From NCBI RefSeq assembly GCF_001194135.2, contig NC_068993.1:60014344-60071103 (forward strand): DNA of 56,760 nucleotides. The letters are read 5' to 3'. Position 1 is the first letter of the stretch, and each line of letters starts with the position of its first letter. This document shows, in pieces, positions 49,250 to 56,760 of this stretch. Both the position numbers and the translations under genes were made by a program. This DNA comes from Octopus bimaculoides. Lineage: Eukaryota. A model generated the notes under the pieces. The model ran no database searches. It saw only the letters and a list, made by a program, of their open reading frames with translations, and had not been told where the DNA came from.

Positions 49250-49503
49250 AACAAATGCGCCCTTTTAAAGCCTAGCCAGGTTCATGGGCCCGGTTTCCCG
49301 GATTCAATGGCGTGTGTGCTCCCCAGCTGGACGGGACGCCAGTCCATCGAAGCGTTACTCATTTTTGCCAGGAGAGTAGACAGGAGAAAAGTGAAATGAA
49401 GTGTTCTGCTCAAGAACACAACGCGTCGCTCGGTCGAGGAATCGAAACCACAATCTTACGATCATGGTGCTGACACCCTAACCACTAAGCCACGCACCGC
49501 CAC
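49250..49503 (-). mobile_element. tRNA-derived SINE, group F3 (head A + CORE-like module + tail Y)
   Basis: The minus strand has A-box TGGCTTAGTGG, B-box GGTTTCGATTCC, core GTTGTGTTCTTGAGCAGAACACTTCATTTCAC...CTGGCAAAAATGAGT and tail GATGGACTGGCGTCCCGTCCAG. Confidence 0.85.
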
Positions 49504-50122
49504 TATATATNNNNNNNNNNNNNNNNNNNNNNNNNNNNNNNNNNNNNNNNNNNNNNNNNNNNNNNNNNNNNNNNNNNNNNNNNNNNNNNNNNNNNNNNNN
49601 NNNNNNNNNNNNNNNNNNNNNNNNNNNNNNNNNNNNNNNNNNNNNNNNNNNNNNNNNNNNNNNNNNNNNNNNNNNNNNNNNNNNNNNNNNNNNNNNNNNN
49701 NNNNNNNNNNNNNNNNNNNNNNNNNNNNNNNNNNNNNNNNNNNNNNNNNNNNNNNNNNNNNNNNNNNNNNNNNNNNNNNNNNNNNNNNNNNNNNNNNNNN
49801 NNNNNNNNNNNNNNNNNNNNNNNNNNNNNNNNNNNNNNNNNNNNNNNNNNNNNNNNNNNNNNNNNNNNNNNNNNNNNNNNNNNNNNNNNNNNNNNNNNNN
49901 NNNNNNNNNNNNNNNNNNNNNNNNNNNNNNNNNNNNNNNNNNNNNNNNNNNNNNNNNNNNNNNNNNNNNNNNNNNNNNNNNNNNNNNNNNNNNNNNNNNN
50001 NNNNNNNNNNNNNNNNNNNNNNNNNNNNNNNNNNNNNNNNNNNNNNNNNNNNNNNNNNNNNNNNNNNNNNNNNNNNNNNNNNNNNNNNNNNNNNNNNNNN
50101 NNNNNNNNNNNNNATTCTGTGG

Positions 50123-50322
50123 CTCTTTTACTCTTTTACTTGTTTCAGTCGTTTGACTGCGGCCATTCTGGAGCAGCGCCTTTAGACGAGCAAATCGACC
50201 CCACGACTTATTCTTTGTAAGCTTAGTACTTATTCAATGGGTCTGTTTTGTCGGACCGCCAAGTTACGGGGACGTAAACACACCAACATCGGTTGTCAAG
50301 CGATGTTAAGGGGACAAACACA

Positions 50323-50355
<33 letters not shown>

Positions 50356-50363
50356 CGGCTTCT
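50123..50363 (-). mobile_element. SINE family F1, 3' half plus internal (CA)n
   Basis: CTCTTTTACTCTTTTACTTGTTTCAGTC...GTTGTCAAGCGATG...(CA)n-CGACGGCTTCT. Confidence 0.9.
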
Positions 50364-50952
50364 AAAAAAGGGCTAGTAAAAAAAATATATAATTCCATTT
50401 CAAAAGGTAATCGTAAAGAAATCATCATCATCATTATCATCAGCACCTTTATTATTTTTAACATCACCACCACCACTACCACCACTACCACCACCTCCAT
50501 GATCATCATCATCATCGTCATCATTATCATCCCGTTACTCTCTCAAGCCAATCCGTTTCCAACAATTGCTGATGGTGCTACTGACCATGTTGCTGCTGCT
50601 GCTGCTGCTGCTGCTTCCATATGTTCATAATTATTCATTGTTAGTTTTATGGTGAATGAAAGATAGAGTAACAGAATAAGGCTACCACCCCGCCCATCCC
50701 CAACACCACCACCACCACCACCACCACCACTTCCATCACCGTCGCCACCGCCATTACTCACACAACCGCGGCGACCAATAGCCCCACAATCATAACCATC
50801 AGCACATTGAGTACAAAGAGAAACACCGTCTCCACCCCAACCTACCCCATTATCAGCAACACCACCACAACTAGCGCACTAGCTATAGCCAGCAGCACCA
50901 CCGACAACACGACTATACATAAAAACCAAGGTCGCCACCACCAGCACCACTT

Positions 50953-51005
<53 letters not shown>

Positions 51006-51453
51006 GCTACTGCTAATAATAATAATAATAATAATACTGTTTGATTATCGCCATCATCATCACAGTCCTAACCACTGTGCGATCGTCATCTCCATCTCCA
51101 CCACTACACCCACCAGCATCATCACTCCTATAACAATGATTATTCCATCGTCTCTCTCGTCCCAACCAAAATAATATCGTCACCACCCCCATCACCCATC
51201 ACCACTGCCCCTACCCTTGTAATAACGCCTCCACCTCCCCCTACTTACCCACTTTACTTAACCACAAGTTCCGCCATTATTTCTCCTCGCTCCTCCCCTC
51301 TTCCCTCCTTTCTGATGCCATCAAGTCACGTGTCCCGAGCATATGACCGCCAAAGTCGGCGTGTAGACAGCGTTGGTGGTTAAGTGCGAAGAAGTCATTG
51401 CTACACGACCTGGCTGCACGTCTTTGCACGTAACAGGGAGCTCGGAATTAGGG

Positions 51454-51590
51454 AGAGAGAATCAAACGTGACAAGATGCATATGGGGATGAATGTGGTAG
51501 ACGGGGATCAGGAGGTGGGCGGGGGTGGGGGTGGATAAGTATGAGGTGAGGTGGGGAGTTAAAGATAAAAAGGGAAAGTACAAGTTTGTT
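51454..51590 (-). repeat. left arm of an inverted repeat pair (G-rich on +)
   Basis: The reverse complement aligns with 52390-52540 through the blocks CCCTTTTTATCTTTAAC, CATACTTATCCACC, CCTCCTGATCC and CATATGCA.CT.GTCAC.TTTGAT. Confidence 0.8.
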
Positions 51591-52389
51591 TCGCATAGAT
51601 GGGGGTCAAAAAATGATTGAGGAAACATATCAAAGATATTCCAGCCGTGGCCATCACGTCTTTCGGAAAATATAGGTGAGATTCCATCATTTGATGTAGC
51701 CTCCCTCCTTTCCCTCTCTCACTCTTTCGCACCCTCTCTTTCCCAACAATGGGGTATATGGTTTAATGGACAGAGGGGGCGAAACAGAGAGTAAAATGAG
51801 AAACGACAATTATGTACATCTGCAGAGGGATTGCTAGAAGTGACAAAAGTAATATAGACAGGCAGACAGACAAACAGGCAGGCTGACAGGCAGATAGATA
51901 GATAAGTAGATGGATAGACAGAGAGTGAAGGGGAAGAGAGAAAGGGAGACTGAGTGGATTCATAGGTAAATCGTTCGATAGAAAAAGAGAGGTGGTACGT
52001 GTGTCTACGCGTTTTCATATATAACGCGTGTGTGTGCGCATGTGTGTGTGTGTGTGTGTGTGCGTAGGTGCGCGTGTACGCGTGTGTGTAAATATGTAAG
52101 TATGTATGTATAGAAAGAATGACAGAAAGGCTGGATTAATAAATGAATTGATTGATTGATTGATTGATTGAACCCCAAAGAAAAATACATGCTAGAAGTG
52201 ATAGCAAATCTCAGCCCCAACTTTTGAGAGAGGCTACTGTCGACTGCATTGACCCAGTATATGACAAGTATTCACGATTATATCGATCCCGAAGTGACGG
52301 TAAGTAATGTCGACTCCATCAGATTTAAACTTAAAACTTTGGCACAGAATAACGTATTCCATTTTATCCAGTATTATAATTTTACTCCT

Positions 52390-52540
52390 AATTTGTATTT
52401 CTACAATCCCTTTTTATCTTTAACCACCACCCCACCCCATACTTATCCACCACCCCCNNNNNNNNNNNNNNNNNNNNCCCCCCCCCCGCCTCCTGATCCT
52501 CATTCATCCCATATGCACCTAGTCACATTTGATACTCTCT
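52390..52540 (+). repeat. right arm of the inverted repeat pair (C-rich on +; contains a 20-N gap)
   Basis: See 51454-51590. Confidence 0.8.
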
Positions 52541-53520
52541 TTTTCAATATCATGTGATCAGTATCATGTGATCAATATTTTGTCTAACACTTTGGCAATT
52601 GACCCACCGCCCCAAGAATCTAAAATATACTATTTGTTATGGCATTCGAGTGTCCGAGTTAGACCTTAAAACACCTTACCTATGGAACAAAGCCAAACAC
52701 ACAGTAGAAAGTTATAACAATGAAACAATCTGATGAATATTTATGATTTATACTTCAGAATAGAAATGAAAAAAATTATAAACGTGGAATTTCTAAGGAT
52801 CACGAAAGTTGCTATAATTAAAGCAATTTGTATTTAATTTCAAATGAAAATATTTAATTCTTTGATTAATTCCAAAGATATGTGATTAATTCTAGAATAT
52901 ACAATTTTCAAATAATACGGTAAATTAGATTGAAATTATCAGTGATTTGATCATGAATCTATATAATTAGTGTAAGATAAGATCAAGGCTGAAGACTCGG
53001 GTCTATAAACAATTAAAGCACGGTTGGTTTTGAAGAGAAAACAGCGCGAGAGGGTTTTAAGACCGCAAAATACGCGCACGCGTATGTGTGTCATTCAAAG
53101 AATTCTAGATTATTGAGGCTATTTTCCTTTTTCTATTTGGAACCAGTTGTAATTGCAGTCAAGTAATAGTTTACCGTCTCCCATAGCGATGATAATTTTA
53201 ATAAATAAAGAATTTATTTTGTATGGTATTTAATATATCTATATTCATTATTGCGGCCATTGAGCATGGACACGATGTTTCCTTCAAAGTCTGCTGAATC
53301 GAGGCCGAATTGTGGCTAAACAACTACAAGAACAAAGGACAACTTATGTTTCTGTGTTAGATTCCGATCTTTATGAAATATGGAATATAAAATAAGACAA
53401 ATTAGAGAGTCGTGCTGTAGCATGGTCTTGGTTGTAATGACAGAAATAAACTTAGAAACGAAAGAACGAAACACTATGGTTTAGTGAACTGAAATGACTT
53501 GACTTTAAAACGCAAATAAT

Positions 53521-53722
53521 TTTTTTCTAATCTCAGCACAAGGAACAAAATTTTCGGGTAGGGGACAAGTCGATTACATCGACCCCAGTGTTCAACTGGT
53601 ACTGATCGACCTCGGACGGATAAAAAGCAAAGTGGCCCTCGGCAGGATTTTAAGTCAGAACATAAAGATGGAGGAAAATACTGCGAAGCATATTGTCCGG
53701 CGTGCTAACAATTCTGCCAGCT
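53521..53722 (-). mobile_element. SINE family F2
   Basis: GCACAAGG...GTCGATTACATCGACCCCAGTG...AACTGGTAC...CGTGCTAACAATTCTGCCAGCT. Confidence 0.8.
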
Positions 53723-53732
53723 TTGCAACAGA

Positions 53733-53868
53733 AATAATCCTTTCAACGATTGACACGAGGCCTGAAATTTAGGAGGAAGAGGGCCGGTTGATTACATAAA
53801 CCCCAGTATGCAACTGGTACGTATTTTATCAACTCCGAAAGGATGAAAGGCAAAGTCGACCTCAGCGA
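53733..53868 (-). mobile_element. SINE family F2, 5'-truncated tandem copy
   Basis: AATCCTTTC...GGCCTGAAATTT...AACTGGTAC...GAAAGGATGAAAGGCAAAGTCGACCTC. Confidence 0.8.
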
Positions 53869-53869
53869 A

Positions 53870-54016
53870 GAGGATGATGCTGGCAGTAGAGGTGGTGGTA
53901 GGGTTTGCTTGATAGGGATGGTTGTAAGGATGGTCGTAGTAGTGATGATGATGATGATGATGATGTGAAGGAAGAAGAGAACTTATGACGATAATGAGAA
54001 TAATGACGATGACAAC

Positions 54017-54048
<32 letters not shown>

Positions 54049-54086
54049 CGATGGTGACGATGATGTGCATGATGAACAATGATGGC

Positions 54087-54138
<52 letters not shown>

Positions 54139-54180
54139 GCGATGACGACGACGAAGCTGATGAAGAGTTTGACGACAATA
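53870..54180. repeat. (GAT/GAC)n trinucleotide array
   Basis: Direct reading. Confidence 0.9.
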
Positions 54181-54384
54181 TCGATCATGATTGTGATAAG
54201 TCTCTGAAACAAGGAATAACGGATGTGTGTGTGTAAAAGAGAGAGAGAGGTGGGAGTAGAGGAAGTAATATCCAACAAATGAGGGTTTGAGTAGGAAGAG
54301 AATAGGGGAAGAGGAGGAGAAGGAGAAAGAGGAGGATGAGAAAAGAAAACAGATCCCAGAATGAAAGTTGGCGGCTACGAATAA

Positions 54385-54416
<32 letters not shown>

Positions 54417-55060
54417 AGCATATCTGTGTGTGTGTGTGTGTGTGTGTCTGTGTGTGTGTGCCTATGTATGGATGAATGTGTGTATATTTATGTGTGGAGG
54501 CGCGTAGGGGCGTGTGGGTTTGGGTTGATTAGTGAAGTGTACATAAGTCGGTAAGTAGCGTGTGTGGGTGCGTGCGCGTGCGTGTGTCCGGTTGTTTGTG
54601 TATGTGGGTGTGGGTGTGTGTGTCTGTGTGTATGTATGTATGTGTGGTTGTGTGCATGTGTGGAGGTCAGAAGTAAGGCAGTGCAGTGGGCCGCAAAGTC
54701 AGAAATGTCGGCTTCCCCTAGGAATGGTGGGAGGCGTGGGTAGGGCCATCCCAATGAGAATTGCCTGTGGGTGGTGGACTTATTGTGTATTTGCATCGGG
54801 TGCTGTTTGTGTTGATGTTAGTGTTGGGTCTTTGTTGTTGTTTGTCATTCCAGTGGGCCAGGGCATTGAACGATAACAAAGCCAATTGCAGTTCTATAGC
54901 AGTCTAATTAAGTGATAGCTTGTTAAAAGTTTGGAGTATCACGTGATGACGATGTAGCAGCAGCAGCAATAGTGGTAGTAGTAGTAGTAGTAGTAGCAGC
55001 AGCAGCACCAGTGTTGTTGTCATGGTGTAATTAGCAACAGCGAAAGAAATGTTGATACTT

Positions 55061-55253
55061 ATTGGTTTCAAATTTTGGCACAAGGCCAGCAATTTCGGGG
55101 AAAGGGTCCAGTTGATTACGTCGATTGGGACTTATTTTACCGACCCCAGAACGATAAAAGGCAAAGCAGACCTCGACGGAATTTGAACTCATGGTGTAAA
55201 GACGGATGAAATGCCGCTAAACGTTTTGTCCGGATAGTTAATGATTCTGCCAG
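55061..55253 (-). mobile_element. SINE family F2
   Basis: GGTTTCAAATTTTGGCACAAGGCCAGCAATTT...GGCAAAGCAGACCTCGACGGAATTTGAACTC...GATTCTGCCAG. Confidence 0.8.
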
Positions 55254-56427
55254 AATCGGTGATAATTAGTGACATAAACATATTGTTTCTAACATTAACA
55301 CGAGAATTTAGGAAGAAGGTGGCTTGTTAATTAAATTAATTCCCTCCTTCACTACTTGGTTGTCCCTTTATTTATGGATCCTGCGGTGGGGTGGGAATGT
55401 AAAACAAAATTGTGTTCGGAAGGCATTTTGAAATCAAAGAATATTGTTTAATATAAGCTCAAAGCAAACATTTTTAGGGGAGACAAAAGTAAAATTGAAT
55501 ATATTAACCCAATACATGTCTGATAGTTTACCGAGGCAACGAAATATTTTCTATGTATCGCTTGAGCAGCTAAAAATAGCAGCGAAATCTCCTTTATTTC
55601 ATACTCTGCTATGTTAAAATATATTGCATAGCATAATGTGGTGCTGGATTCCTTGCACATAAGAAACAAAAATCGGCTTGGTCACGGCTGGAATCTCTTC
55701 GATCATAATAAGTATAATCAAGCATCATCAGTATACTCTTCACAACACCAAACTTGAGTATTTAAGTCTATCGATCTTGGAAGGTTGACAAACAAATGCA
55801 ACAGCAGCAAGATTTGATCTCAGAACTTAAAGGAACGCGAATTAATACCTCAATCCATTTTTGCTAAAGCTGCAGTGGATGTTATCCAATGGCAAAATGC
55901 CACGTTTTTTAGTGGAGGTCGCAAATCGATTGGTATAAGATACATGGCAGCAATTGTTCTGGCTTTCTGCAGTCAAATCTTGCCAATGTCAAAAGTATCT
56001 TCCGTTCTTTCGGTGGTCGACAAAATAAAGTACGAGTCCAGGGCGATGGATTGGTGGGATCCTAAGAGGATCGGATGAGATTTGGGGCAGTATTTGTTCG
56101 TAACTACAATTGTTCTGAGGTCGTCGGTCCCAGACGTCATCCGTCATCCAGTTTAACACCACCACCAGGTACCTTGGAGGGACTTAGGTGGAGTTCACTG
56201 TGCTGCAAGTTTTCAGGTCAGGTGTTCGTTTAAGGATATCTCGCAAAATTTCAGAAACCTTGAAAAATGAAGCTCCCGAATCGCTGTCGTTTGCTACCGG
56301 ACTAAGCAATAAAGAAAGTGGACCCCAGTATATAGCCGATGTGTTATTTTATCAATCTCAGAAGGATAAAACATTCAACTCTGGACGTAATGACCGTAAA
56401 CAACACCACAAGGCATGCCATATTTAC

Positions 56428-56469
<42 letters not shown>

Positions 56470-56540
56470 ATGTATATATATATATATATATATGTGCGTG
56501 TATGTATATATATATACATATATATATGTGTATATATATG

Positions 56541-56577
<37 letters not shown>

Positions 56578-56760
56578 ATATATATATATATGTATATATG
56601 TATATGTATATATATGTATATGTATATATATATGTATATATGTATATGTATTTATATATAGGAAAATGAAAAAAAGCCAGAATGCTGAACTGGAAGCATA
56701 GTTTAATAAAGATTTTTTCTAACCGATGTATATATATATATGCATATATATATACATATA

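Noticed and set aside
54660-54880. Minus-strand peptide-like frames (GWPYPRLPPFLGEADISDF...)
   Set aside because: No clear splice sites or recognisable homology.
55860-56340. Unique-looking region with short ORFs on both strands
   Set aside because: No motif could be assigned, and its right part overlaps a decayed SINE-like fragment.

Overview
Eukaryotic, repeat-dense and apparently non-genic or intronic DNA, with about 30 N-gaps that are almost all flanked by microsatellites. The SINE families look like those of Octopus or another coleoid cephalopod; this is from memory and was not searched. No complete protein-coding gene, RNA gene or CRISPR-Cas system can be supported, and nearly all ORFs in the track are microsatellite or N artefacts. 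The supportable content is as follows. (1) More than 20 tRNA-derived SINE copies from three groups, labelled F1 (internal microsatellite), F2 (Meta/MESC-like core) and F3 (shared head, swapped core and tail modules). (2) Fragments of four non-LTR retrotransposon lineages: RTE, CR1/L2, Tx1/L1 with YADD, and R4/Dong-like. (3) Three small DNA elements: a Tc1/mariner MITE, a hAT-like MITE and a 184-bp fold-back. (4) A few weak exon candidates. The most interesting signals are: three 16-bp hairpin repeats at an exact 39-bp period with unrelated spacers, in a putative LINE 3' UTR sitting in (GATA)n; apparent partitioning of microsatellite targets among elements (Dong-like in TAA, Tx1-like in GATA/TATC, mariner MITE in TA); a possible shared SINE/LINE 3' tail; and a G4-bearing inverted repeat pair about 0.8 kb apart.
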